A stretch of 39,746 nucleotides of DNA from contig JANYDV010000019.1 of NCBI GenBank assembly GCA_025363505.1, forward strand, positions 1 to 39,746, in the 5' to 3' direction. The notes under the pieces were generated by a model, which saw only the letters and a list, made by a program, of their open reading frames with translations, was not told the DNA's origin and ran no database searches. This document shows, one piece after another, positions 28,900 to 37,147 of this stretch (position 1 is its first letter; every line of letters starts with the position of its first letter). The translations under genes and the position numbers were made by a program. The DNA is from Bacteroidota bacterium. GTDB lineage: Bacteria; Bacteroidota; Ignavibacteria; Palsa-1295.

Positions 28900-29730
28900 G
28901 TGTCAGAGATAGCTTTACACAACACTCATTCCGAAGAGCATCACGCAGAAGCTCCGGTCTATACCAGTACCGGAACCCCAATGGGAAAAGTCTTTATGTG
29001 GCTTTTTCTTTGTCAGGATGCCTTGATGTTCATGGGCTTTTTTGCGGCATATATTTCCGTCCGCATCGGTGCCGGCGACCTTTGGCCCGGTCCGGAAAAT
29101 CACGCTCATGGTATCGAGCATTACCCACTCGATATTCCGTTAACAGCTATCAACACCTTTGTGCTGATCTGTTCGAGCGTAACGATGGTAATGGCAGTTC
29201 AGGCGGCGACCTTCAAGAATATCAAGAAAACAATTATGTGGCTCTTGGTCACCGTAGTCGGTGGCTCGATCTTCTTGGGTGTTCAGTATGGTGAATACTC
29301 CCATTTGATTCTCAAAGATCATATGGGTATGGGCAATAGCCTTTTTGATGCCACATTCTTTAGTTTAACGGGCTTCCATGGAATCCATGTGTTTTCGGGA
29401 GTGCTGTATTTATTAGCCCTGACGATTGCCCTCTGGATGGGACCACTTGATAAGCATAAGAAAGATAACTATTGGTTTATTAATCTCTTTCGATTGGTGT
29501 GTCTCGGTGTAACAGTCTTTTTATTTATCGGACCGACAAAAACATGGCCCGGCTTGCCTCACGTACTTATTCCGTTGGTCGCCGGTGCTGCTCCGTATAT
29601 TTTTGTTCGAGGAATTAGCTGGTTCCGTAAACGTCAGGATACAGCTGAAGTTGTCGAAATTGCAGGATTGTATTGGCATTTTGTCGATCTGATCTGGATT
29701 ATTCTTTTCACACTCGTTTATCTCATCTAA
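28900..29730 (+). CDS. ctaE: Heme-copper oxidase subunit III (with an insertion)
   Basis: MWLFL..D..MF.GFFAAY, NTFVLICSSVTM..AV, FLGVQYGEY, FFSLTGFHGIHV..G, E..GLYWHFVDLIWI.LF.LVY. Confidence 0.92.
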   Translation: MSEIALHNTHSEEHHAEAPVYTSTGTPMGKVFMWLFLCQDALMFMGFFAAYISVRIGAGDLWPGPENHAHGIEHYPLDIPLTAINTFVLICSSVTMVMAVQAATFKNIKKTIMWLLVTVVGGSIFLGVQYGEYSHLILKDHMGMGNSLFDATFFSLTGFHGIHVFSGVLYLLALTIALWMGPLDKHKKDNYWFINLFRLVCLGVTVFLFIGPTKTWPGLPHVLIPLVAGAAPYIFVRGISWFRKRQDTAEVVEIAGLYWHFVDLIWIILFTLVYLI

Positions 29731-29746
29731 CTAGATAATAGCGGTT

Positions 29747-30043
29747 ATGGAACACGCTCCTGTAAATCATACGAAGACATACATCACGATTTTCATCGCG
29801 CTTGCGGTGCTCACCCTTATTGAGGTCGGGATGACGATGGTCGGTATGCCTAAGACCCCAATGGTTATTTTGTTGATCGCTCTTGCTTTGGTCAAAGCGG
29901 GGTTAGTGGCGGTATATTTTATGCATTTGAAGTACGATTCAGGTTTTTTATCGGTGATTGCCTATGCACCGCTTGCGGTTGCCAGTATTTTAATCTTGAT
30001 GTTATCGCTTGAGTGGGCATTCCAACCCCACTGGATATTTTAA
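29747..30043 (+). CDS. ctaF: Prokaryotic cytochrome c oxidase subunit IV family
   Basis: YITIFIALAVLTLIEV, LALVKAGLVAVYFMHLKYD. Directly follows subunit III. Confidence 0.9.
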   Translation: MEHAPVNHTKTYITIFIALAVLTLIEVGMTMVGMPKTPMVILLIALALVKAGLVAVYFMHLKYDSGFLSVIAYAPLAVASILILMLSLEWAFQPHWIF

Positions 30044-30058
30044 CAACCAAAGAGCGCG

Positions 30059-30184
30059 GTGTTACCGGCTCCCCCTCTGACAAACCGTGAGCGTAAATTC
30101 CGATTCGTAATGATCGGCATCGGTATCTGGGTCTTCTTCATTTTTTTCTTTTTATTGCTTGTGATCTTGATAGATTGGCATTAG
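30059..30184 (+). CDS. 41-aa single-TM microprotein MLPAPPLTNRERKFRFVMIGIGIWVFFIFFFLLLVILIDWH
   Basis: GTG 30059 to TAG 30184, 15 nt after the subunit IV stop, with a basic N-terminus then a long hydrophobic helix. Below the ORF-track cutoff. Confidence 0.6.
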   Translation: MLPAPPLTNRERKFRFVMIGIGIWVFFIFFFLLLVILIDWH

Positions 30185-30223
30185 GAATAGTGCACCATTG
30201 CAATACTTCCTGCTAAAAGACTG

Positions 30224-30231
30224 TACCTTTG
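30224..30231 (+). promoter_or_regulatory. -7 promoter element (TACCTTTG) for the Moco oxidoreductase/cytochrome b operon
   Basis: TAnnTTTG 26 nt before ATG 30258, which supports that start over TTG 30198. Confidence 0.55.
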
Positions 30232-30257
30232 TTCTGCATCTTTGTTTAGAAAAGAAC

Positions 30258-30953
30258 ATGATAAAAACCTTATATTTTTTTGGTGCTGTTTTTTTGAGTA
30301 TACTCTTGTGCTCTTGTGATGCAACACCTTCGGGCAAGATAGAACAAGGACTTCGCAGTTTTCAAAAGTTCAATGATGGTGTTCAGCAAGCTGCTTTTAG
30401 CAAGAACAAACTTGCCCCAAAGATCGAAGATAAAGATCTGACCCCTGAATCACAATTTCGAGTCAATGATTATGATACTCACACCCCACCGTCGGATACG
30501 ACCGAAAATTGGCGGCTGTTTGTGACGGGGCTTGTTAAACATCCCGGATACTATTCTCTTGCTCAGATCAAAGAGCTTCAGAAACAAGTACAAAATTCCA
30601 AACACGTCTGCGTTGAAGGCTGGAGCCAAAATATCAAGTGGGGCGGTGTTGCATTATGGTATTTCCTTGATTGGGTTGGTGCTGATTCGACCGCAAAATA
30701 TATCGCGGTCGAATGTGCAGATAAATATTACGAGGGTTATGATATGGAAAGTGCTCGACACCCCGAAACACTTCTGTGCTACGAAGCCTTCAACAAACCA
30801 CTGACACTTCAGCATGGTGCACCTTGTCGCATTGTCATGCCAACGAAATTAGGGTATAAAAGTGCGAAGTGGATATTAAAATTGGTCGTCACCAATACGA
30901 AGCCCGGGGGATATTGGGAAGACCAAGGCTATGATTGGAATGCAGGACTTTAG
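30258..30953 (+). CDS. Molybdopterin-dependent oxidoreductase, sulfite oxidase family (MsrP/YuiH-like)
   Basis: WRLFVTGLV, HVCVEGWS (Mo-ligating Cys), WGGV, HPETLLCY....PL...HGAPCRIVMPTKLGYKSAKWI, GGYWEDQGY. Lipobox LCSC. Confidence 0.9.
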   Translation: MIKTLYFFGAVFLSILLCSCDATPSGKIEQGLRSFQKFNDGVQQAAFSKNKLAPKIEDKDLTPESQFRVNDYDTHTPPSDTTENWRLFVTGLVKHPGYYSLAQIKELQKQVQNSKHVCVEGWSQNIKWGGVALWYFLDWVGADSTAKYIAVECADKYYEGYDMESARHPETLLCYEAFNKPLTLQHGAPCRIVMPTKLGYKSAKWILKLVVTNTKPGGYWEDQGYDWNAGL

Positions 30954-30959
30954 GCGCGT

Positions 30960-31595
30960 ATGAAAATCTCACCCGCCAAAGTGTTTCAGCACCCATTGAT
31001 TATTCGAGTCACTCATTGGCTCAATGTTATTGCATTGTTGATTATGGTCTCAAGCGGAATGCGAATCTTTAATGCATCACCGCTTTTCGATTTCAAATTT
31101 CCCCATTGGATTACTCTAGGTGGTTGGCTTGGGGGCGCGAGGCAGTGGCATTTTTTTGCGATGTGGATCTTTGTCGTTAATGGTATCATTGCTGTTATCT
31201 ATAATGTGGTAACTCGTCACGGCAGAAAAACGACGATCTTTTCACCAAAAGATATTCACGGATTGTTGCCGATGATCAAATACTATCTTCGGATTACAAA
31301 GAAACATCCCACCGTAGAAAAATATAACTCCCTTCAAAAGCTTGCGTATACCAGCGTACCCTTTCTTGGTCTGGGTGTGACACTATCAGGTTTGGCAATG
31401 TATATGCCTGTTACATTTCAAGAAATAGCATTTATCTTTGGTGGTTATGACCTTGCAAGGTGGTTTCATTTTATCTTTATGGCACTGTTTGTTTTCTTTT
31501 TTCTTGGACATATATTTATGGTGGTGATTTCAGGGTGGTGGAATTTCTGGTCGATGATCACCGGATGGAAACGCGTGTCACCAATACAGAAATAA
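30960..31595 (+). CDS. Di-heme cytochrome b (Ni-hydrogenase cyt b/YdhU-like), partner of the Moco enzyme
   Basis: RVTHWLN, SSG.RI.NA.P, LGGWLGGARQWHFFAMW, KYNSLQKLAY, ARWFHF, GHIFMV, SMITG. Confidence 0.9.
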   Translation: MKISPAKVFQHPLIIRVTHWLNVIALLIMVSSGMRIFNASPLFDFKFPHWITLGGWLGGARQWHFFAMWIFVVNGIIAVIYNVVTRHGRKTTIFSPKDIHGLLPMIKYYLRITKKHPTVEKYNSLQKLAYTSVPFLGLGVTLSGLAMYMPVTFQEIAFIFGGYDLARWFHFIFMALFVFFFLGHIFMVVISGWWNFWSMITGWKRVSPIQK

Positions 31596-31616
31596 TACTA
31601 CAGTCATTCTTAATTT

Positions 31617-32339
31617 GTGAAACAACAACAAAAAATTCTCCTGGTTGTCGGCGTTGTCATTGCGGTCATGATTGTTTATCTCATCGTTTCAAAACGCACG
31701 ACTGATGCTCCGATCCCGGCTACCGCACTGTCAGTTCAGGCTCCGACGACATTTCATGGCTTCGGACCTGAAGGCACCGGCGGCGATCCTTTACTCAATA
31801 AACAAAAGAATCGATGGTCGGCACCCCAATCATTCCGTGATGTATCGGTAGATGACATTCTCAGTTTTCCACATACAGAACTTGATATGGTCGGAAAAAA
31901 GTATCGATCAAAGTGGGGTAGTTCGGCAAACAATCAACTCGAACAGTATGAATCACAGGGCGTGCGTGTGACGGGTTATCTTGTTGCAGCCAAAGAATCG
32001 GGTCCCGAAAGTTGTAATGGGCACAGTGATTCACTTCGAGATTATCATCTTTGGATCACGTCCTCACCTAATGTCAATAAAAATACCGGTGTGATTGTAG
32101 AAATGACTCCCTATTGGAAAGAACAATTTCCGGAGTGGCGGCTTCGTTACATTCAAGCACTCGTCCGCAATAATGCAAAAGTCCGGATTTCGGGCTGGGT
32201 AATGTGGGACCAAGAGCACCCGGACGAAGTTGGCAAATCACGCGGGTCACAATGGGAAGTGCACCCTGTGACACTGTTCGAAGTACAAAGTGGAGGTTCC
32301 TGGCGCCAACTCAATGGTGATCTTGCGGAAGTTCGGTAA
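31617..32339 (+). CDS. Membrane-anchored hypothetical protein, probable OB-fold (WEVHPV motif)
   Basis: N-terminal TM helix, VRVTGYL...ESCN...DYHLWI...VIVEMTP...VRISGW..WDQEH...WEVHPV. Confidence 0.7.
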   Translation: MKQQQKILLVVGVVIAVMIVYLIVSKRTTDAPIPATALSVQAPTTFHGFGPEGTGGDPLLNKQKNRWSAPQSFRDVSVDDILSFPHTELDMVGKKYRSKWGSSANNQLEQYESQGVRVTGYLVAAKESGPESCNGHSDSLRDYHLWITSSPNVNKNTGVIVEMTPYWKEQFPEWRLRYIQALVRNNAKVRISGWVMWDQEHPDEVGKSRGSQWEVHPVTLFEVQSGGSWRQLNGDLAEVR

Positions 32340-32389
32340 CCTATTATCACCGTTTTCGGTTTTGAGAATTCAACTCTATCAATTTAAAT

Positions 32390-33040
32390 ATGAAAGCATT
32401 TGTTGTAGTAATGATCTTCTGCTGTACCTTGGTAGTGACTGCACAAGCACAAAAAGAAAAACCGGGTCGTAGCGTCGCTCGCGAAGAGCTGAGTAATTCA
32501 TACAAAGACAGTATTGAGTATGCCAAGACTTTTAAACAGCTCTATGCGCTGATCGGACCGCAAAAAACGGCGTACATCGATGCCCAAGAATTCTATAATC
32601 GCATCAGCCGTACATTTACCGTGCAAGGCATTGATACTGCTGTGGCACATAAACTTGCTTTGACCGGTATTGATAATAATGCTTACGAAAAAATTTATTA
32701 CTCAATGTACCGTGAGCATTTAGACTTACCCGATCTGAAAAAGTTTTTAGAATTTATTAAAACACCTGAAGGTATGAAGGTGTATCTGGCACTTCCACAA
32801 TTGCAACGCGCCACTACCGAGACCAGCAGTTATGTGACTCGTACGGTGAATGCTAATTTAGCGCCACTCCGCCAAGAAGCACTTCAGAAGATGCAAAAAG
32901 AACGCCCACCGGTGCTAAACCAAAAACTTCCGCCCGGTATGAAGCTTGACTCAGCCGGTCACCCGATTCGCAGAGCACCCGGAGTTCATATTGAAGAAGT
33001 TGCTCCGCATAGTGATTCTTCTTCGTTGAAGCAGAAATGA
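32390..33040 (+). CDS. Secreted protein, DUF2059-like
   Basis: Signal peptide (AQA/Q), Y.EHL...DLKKFLEFIKTPEG.K. Confidence 0.65.
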   Translation: MKAFVVVMIFCCTLVVTAQAQKEKPGRSVAREELSNSYKDSIEYAKTFKQLYALIGPQKTAYIDAQEFYNRISRTFTVQGIDTAVAHKLALTGIDNNAYEKIYYSMYREHLDLPDLKKFLEFIKTPEGMKVYLALPQLQRATTETSSYVTRTVNANLAPLRQEALQKMQKERPPVLNQKLPPGMKLDSAGHPIRRAPGVHIEEVAPHSDSSSLKQK

Positions 33041-33849
33041 TCGAGTCTTCAATCGGAGTCTTTGATTCGGGTATCGGCGGTTTGACCGTCGTTCATGAGT
33101 TGTTCGAACAACTCCCGAATGAACGTATCGTCTATTTTGGCGACACAGCTCGTGTTCCGTACGGCTCGAAATCAGTGGAGATCATTCGTCGCTATGCTAG
33201 CGAAGATACTGAACTCCTGTTACAGTATAACCCGTCTCTGATTGTTGTTGCTTGTAATACCGTCAGTGCCGTTGCACTTGACGTTGTAAAGGCGACCGCC
33301 GGGAATATTCCTGTTATGGGAATGATCGGACCTGCTTGTCTTGAAGCTGTAGCGACCACAACCAACGGTCGTATCGGCATCATCGGTACACAAGCGACAG
33401 TGACAAGCAAAGCCTATGATAATGGCATTAATGCAGTCGCTTTAGGAAAAAATATCCGGACATTTTCCCAGGCTTGCCCGCTCTTGGTGCCGCTTGCCGA
33501 AGAAGGTTGGCAAGACCATCGTGCAACAACACTTATTGTTGAAGCCTATCTAAGCCCATTAAAAAAAGCTGAAGTCGATACCCTCATTTTAGGTTGTACT
33601 CATTATCCTGTCCTTTCAACAGTGATCGGAAATTATATGGGTCCTGATGTTACACTGATTAACAGTGGTGCTGTTGCGGCTCGGAATATTAAAGGATATA
33701 CAACGAATACAACTAATCTTTCTGCTGAACATCTATTCCTTGTCAGTGATGTTCCGTCAAAATTTCAATCGGTCGGAGAGCGTTTTTTGGGATATAAACT
33801 TCCCCTTACCAAACAAGTAATCTTCAAAGAAGCTTGGGTTGTAGTATAA
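33037..33849 (+). CDS. murI: Glutamate racemase
   Basis: IGVFDSGIGGLTV, YFGDTARVPYGSKS, VACNT, LILGCTHYP. Confidence 0.97.
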   Translation: MIESSIGVFDSGIGGLTVVHELFEQLPNERIVYFGDTARVPYGSKSVEIIRRYASEDTELLLQYNPSLIVVACNTVSAVALDVVKATAGNIPVMGMIGPACLEAVATTTNGRIGIIGTQATVTSKAYDNGINAVALGKNIRTFSQACPLLVPLAEEGWQDHRATTLIVEAYLSPLKKAEVDTLILGCTHYPVLSTVIGNYMGPDVTLINSGAVAARNIKGYTTNTTNLSAEHLFLVSDVPSKFQSVGERFLGYKLPLTKQVIFKEAWVVV

Positions 33850-33905
33850 AACACCTTTTATATTTCTCTTTTCTCCCTTATCACTTCTCCGCCCTATATT
33901 TATCG

Positions 33906-33913
33906 TAGATTTG
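33906..33913 (+). promoter_or_regulatory. -7 promoter element (TAGATTTG) for floA
   Basis: CGTAGATTTGTAC 23 nt upstream of the floA ATG. Confidence 0.6.
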
Positions 33914-33936
33914 TACTCTATTTATCTTACTTTGAA

Positions 33937-34962
33937 ATGGAAAATATGAACCCCATAGGCAACCTCACACTTGGCATTGTTATTGCCGCTTTTTTCTTTT
34001 TGATCATTTTGCTCTCGATCATGCGATTGGGTCTTTGGATCACCGCGCTTTCCTCAGGCGTTCATGTCCGTATTTTTGGCGATCTCGTCGGAATGCGTTT
34101 TCGCAAAGTACCGGCAGATGTCATCGTTCGGGCGAAGATTACGGCTACCAAAGCAGGTATCCCGGTTGAAATTCCGCTGCTCGAAGCCCATTATATGGCT
34201 GGCGGCAATGTCCCACGAGTGATCAATGCGCTTATTAGTGCTCACAAAGCGAACATTGATCTCGATTTTGATCGTGCAGCAGCTATTGATTTGGCTGGGC
34301 GTGATGTACTTGAAGCAGTGAAGCTTTCGGTGAATCCGAAAGTGATCGAAACCCCGCCGGTGGCTGCTGTTGCAAAAAATGGTATCCAAGTGACGGCAGT
34401 GGCGCGTGTGACAATCCGTGCTAATCTCGAACGTCTCGTCGGTGGTGCCGGTGAAGCGACTATTCTTGCACGTGTTGGCGAAGGTATTGTTACCACCATC
34501 GGTTCGAGTCAGTCGCATAAAGAAGTACTCGAAAGTCCGGATAATATTTCGAAGACCGTTCTCAATAAAGGTCTTGACTCCGGCACGGCATACGAAATTC
34601 TTTCTATTGATATTGCTGACGTTGATGTCGGACAAAATATCGGGGCGAAACTGCAGAGCGATCAAGCAGAAGCCGAACTGAAAATTGCTCGTGCAAAAGC
34701 CGAAGAGCGTCGTGCATCGGCAATAGCATACGAGCAAGAAATGAAAGCGAAAGTTCAAGAAATGAGGGCAAAAGTTGTCGAAAGCGAAGCGCTCATCCCG
34801 ATTGCGATTGCCGAAGCATTTCGTAACGGTAAGCTTGGGGTAATGGATTACTACAATATGCAAAATGTGCAGTCAGATACGGCAATGCGCAAATCGATCG
34901 CCGAAAGTTCATCGAGCGATATGAGTGCCATGGGTGGCTCATCGACTACAGGCAACGCATAA
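33937..34962 (+). CDS. floA: Flotillin-like protein FloA (YqfA/UPF0365)
   Basis: [112 protein letters not shown]. Confidence 0.95.
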   Translation: MENMNPIGNLTLGIVIAAFFFLIILLSIMRLGLWITALSSGVHVRIFGDLVGMRFRKVPADVIVRAKITATKAGIPVEIPLLEAHYMAGGNVPRVINALISAHKANIDLDFDRAAAIDLAGRDVLEAVKLSVNPKVIETPPVAAVAKNGIQVTAVARVTIRANLERLVGGAGEATILARVGEGIVTTIGSSQSHKEVLESPDNISKTVLNKGLDSGTAYEILSIDIADVDVGQNIGAKLQSDQAEAELKIARAKAEERRASAIAYEQEMKAKVQEMRAKVVESEALIPIAIAEAFRNGKLGVMDYYNMQNVQSDTAMRKSIAESSSSDMSAMGGSSTTGNA

Positions 34963-35013
34963 TATTTTCAATTCGCGGGGCTCTTGGAGCCACCTCTATT
35001 GATGTTGTGTTAC

Positions 35014-35050
35014 AGAAAGAGATGGATGCACTTGTGTCCATCTCTTTTTT
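35014..35050 (+). terminator. Rho-independent terminator after floA
   Basis: AAAGAGATGGATGCA-CTTG-TGTCCATCTCTTTTTT. Confidence 0.8.
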
Positions 35051-35068
35051 AATATATCACACCTTACT

Positions 35069-36430
35069 GTGCTTATTCGCTCCATCTCGGGCCTTCGCGG
35101 GCTCACTGATTCTCAAACCGGCTTGACCGACGATGTTATTATTGCTTATGCATCATCATTTGCAACAATAATCGGCAACTCGGGCATTGTTGCACTTGGC
35201 TTTGATGGCAGAGTCGGAGGCAAACGTATCTTCGATCTTGTCGCAGCCACCCTCTGCGCAGCAGGTTGCGATGTTCTCTCATTAGGCATGGTCCCGACTC
35301 CGACGGTAATGTTTGCTGTAGAGAAGAATAAGAATGTGCTGGGCGGTATAGTCGTCACGGCAAGCCATAACCCACAGCAATGGAATGGAATGAAGTTTAT
35401 TAATTTCAATGGTCTTTTTCTTGATGCAGATGAAAATGCCGACTTATGGAAGTTCGTTGACACCGGTTCATGGAAACTTCAGACTGCTCAAGGAAAAATC
35501 ATTGACGGAAATGAAACGATCGAATCGCACATAGCATCGGTTCTGGCAATTCCATTTCTCGCCCTTGAGGATATCAAGAAAAAGAAATTTCGCGTCGTTC
35601 TTGATACCGTCAATGCAAGTGGTTCGTACATCCAACAAGAATTGCTGAAGCGTCTTGGTGTTGCTGAAGTGATCGGTCTTGCTACCGATGGTTCAGGGAT
35701 ATTCCCTCATTACCCCGAACCGGTACCAGCAAATCTTACTTCGCTTTGTGAAGCTGTGGTGTCAAATAATGCCGATCTCGGTATTGCTATTGATCCCGAT
35801 GCTGACCGGTGCGTGTTGATCACCAATGCCGGCGAGCCGTTCATCGAAGAAAATACTATTGTTCTTGCTGCCGAAGAAGTACTTTTTAATATGGATCGTG
35901 GTCAGAACGTTGTGGTGAATCTCTCTACCACCAGAGCCATCGACGATATTGCCGAGCAATACGGAGCGACAGTACATCGTACTGCGGTCGGCGAGATTAA
36001 CGTTGCCAAGAAAATGATTGATACTTCTGCGGTCATTGGCGGCGAAGGTTCGGGCGGAGTAATTTTTCCGGCTGTCCATATCGGTCGAGATTCATTGGTC
36101 GCTGTCGCGTTGGTGCTCAGTAACCTTGCCCGTAGCGGAATGACTGCCGCCGAAAAGAAACTGTCGCTACCTCAATACGAGATAGTCAAAAACAAAATCG
36201 AACTCTCAAGCAAAGAACAAGCAAGTGAGATGATAGCCGGGATCAAAACAAAGCTTGTATCGTCGGCTCTATCATATAACGAAGAAGATGGCTTGCGTCT
36301 GGACTTCGAGAAGAGCTGGCTTCACGTCCGTTCATCAAATACCGAGCCGATCATCCGTCTCATAGCCGAAGCCCCCACCAAAACCGAAGCCGAAGCACTC
36401 ATCGCCAAAGCGACAAAATCTAAGAATTAG
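35069..36430 (+). CDS. glmM: Phosphoglucosamine mutase (alpha-D-phosphohexomutase family)
   Basis: LIRSISGLRG N-terminus, TASHNP (phosphoserine), DPDADR, VGE.NV, GGEGSGG, DGLR, VRSSNTEPIIR. PMM/PGM specificity is not excluded. Confidence 0.82.
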   Translation: MLIRSISGLRGLTDSQTGLTDDVIIAYASSFATIIGNSGIVALGFDGRVGGKRIFDLVAATLCAAGCDVLSLGMVPTPTVMFAVEKNKNVLGGIVVTASHNPQQWNGMKFINFNGLFLDADENADLWKFVDTGSWKLQTAQGKIIDGNETIESHIASVLAIPFLALEDIKKKKFRVVLDTVNASGSYIQQELLKRLGVAEVIGLATDGSGIFPHYPEPVPANLTSLCEAVVSNNADLGIAIDPDADRCVLITNAGEPFIEENTIVLAAEEVLFNMDRGQNVVVNLSTTRAIDDIAEQYGATVHRTAVGEINVAKKMIDTSAVIGGEGSGGVIFPAVHIGRDSLVAVALVLSNLARSGMTAAEKKLSLPQYEIVKNKIELSSKEQASEMIAGIKTKLVSSALSYNEEDGLRLDFEKSWLHVRSSNTEPIIRLIAEAPTKTEAEALIAKATKSKN

Positions 36431-36459
36431 CTAAAAACGTGAGTTCCAAATGTTTCAAA

Positions 36460-36596
36460 AGCTCCGAAGGAGCGAATTACTCGCAGCCCAGGGTGGAGCG
36501 AAGCGGAACCCTGGGAAAGGGTATGAATAACATTTATAGCCCTGAAAGGGCGAAGTGACCTTCGTGGCTTTTTATCCCATGCCTCGGCAGGGCGAA
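36460..36596. repeat. REP-like cluster of GC-rich palindromes
   Basis: AGCTCC-GAA-GGAGCGAA (36460-36476), CCCAGGG...CCCTGGG (36487-36515), AGCCCT-GAA-AGGGCGAA (36538-36554), and degenerate GCCTCGGCAGGGCGAA (36581-36596). Confidence 0.7.
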
Positions 36597-36599
36597 AGC

Positions 36600-36616
36600 T
36601 TGGCACGCTATTTGTA
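36600..36616 (+). promoter_or_regulatory. Sigma54 (RpoN)-like -24/-12 promoter
   Basis: TTGGCACGCTATTTGTA versus consensus YTGGCACG-N4-TTGCW. The -24 box and spacing are perfect, and -12 has GT for GC. Confidence 0.55.
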
Positions 36617-36790
36617 CAATGTAATGGTAGTGTAAATTATTTAAGACACGACTATTATGCATGCCCTCAATTAAATGACCAATCGCTGCTTTCCTTGGAG
36701 CCAATAGTTGGCTTATTAGGAGCACGGCTATACTGAGAAAGTTTTCTTTCTTGGAATAGTGAAGTTCATTTAAAATATGAGGGATAATGT

Positions 36791-37147
36791 ATGAAAAGGA
36801 TTAAGGATTCGGCTCAGTTGTCACTATTTGATATTGAGCCAGCCAACGAAATCAAGATAGATCGCAAACGTGTACGCAAGGGAGATGCTTCAAGCTATCC
36901 CGCCCAATTAGACCTCTTCCATCATGTTGATGGATTCAAAAACCCCGACGGAGAGCCCGATCGGGGTTCTTCTTTTTATTCAAAATATTTAAAATCCTCG
37001 ACAAGCATTCGATATATCTCTTCCTTCACTTTTTTTGTCCTTGTGCTGATTTGTGCAAATAAATCAAGAAGGTCAGCCGCGTTTTCCATCTCAGCATATT
37101 TTTTGATTTGTATTAGACCAGAGTTAGGGGTTAGGAATGGAGCATAA
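36791..37147 (+). CDS. Small protein with two beta-clamp-binding motifs (QLSLF, QLDLF)
   Basis: GAGGGA upstream of ATG 36791. The first ~60 codons lie in otherwise unoccupied DNA, and the last 172 nt overlap the convergent gene in antisense. Confidence 0.65.
   Translation: MKRIKDSAQLSLFDIEPANEIKIDRKRVRKGDASSYPAQLDLFHHVDGFKNPDGEPDRGSSFYSKYLKSSTSIRYISSFTFFVLVLICANKSRRSAAFSISAYFLICIRPELGVRNGA

Noticed and set aside
34054-34863. 269-aa antisense ORF
   Set aside because: Entirely opposite floA, with no motifs. A shadow of biased codon usage.
36460-36596. CRISPR array or tRNA
   Set aside because: The repeats are short, non-identical and irregularly spaced. No cloverleaf or T-loop, and no cas genes.
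36977-37147. Hydrophobic C-terminal half of the clamp-motif ORF as a real TM domain
   Set aside because: Its sequence is dictated by the antisense RM gene, so it cannot be taken as evidence of function.
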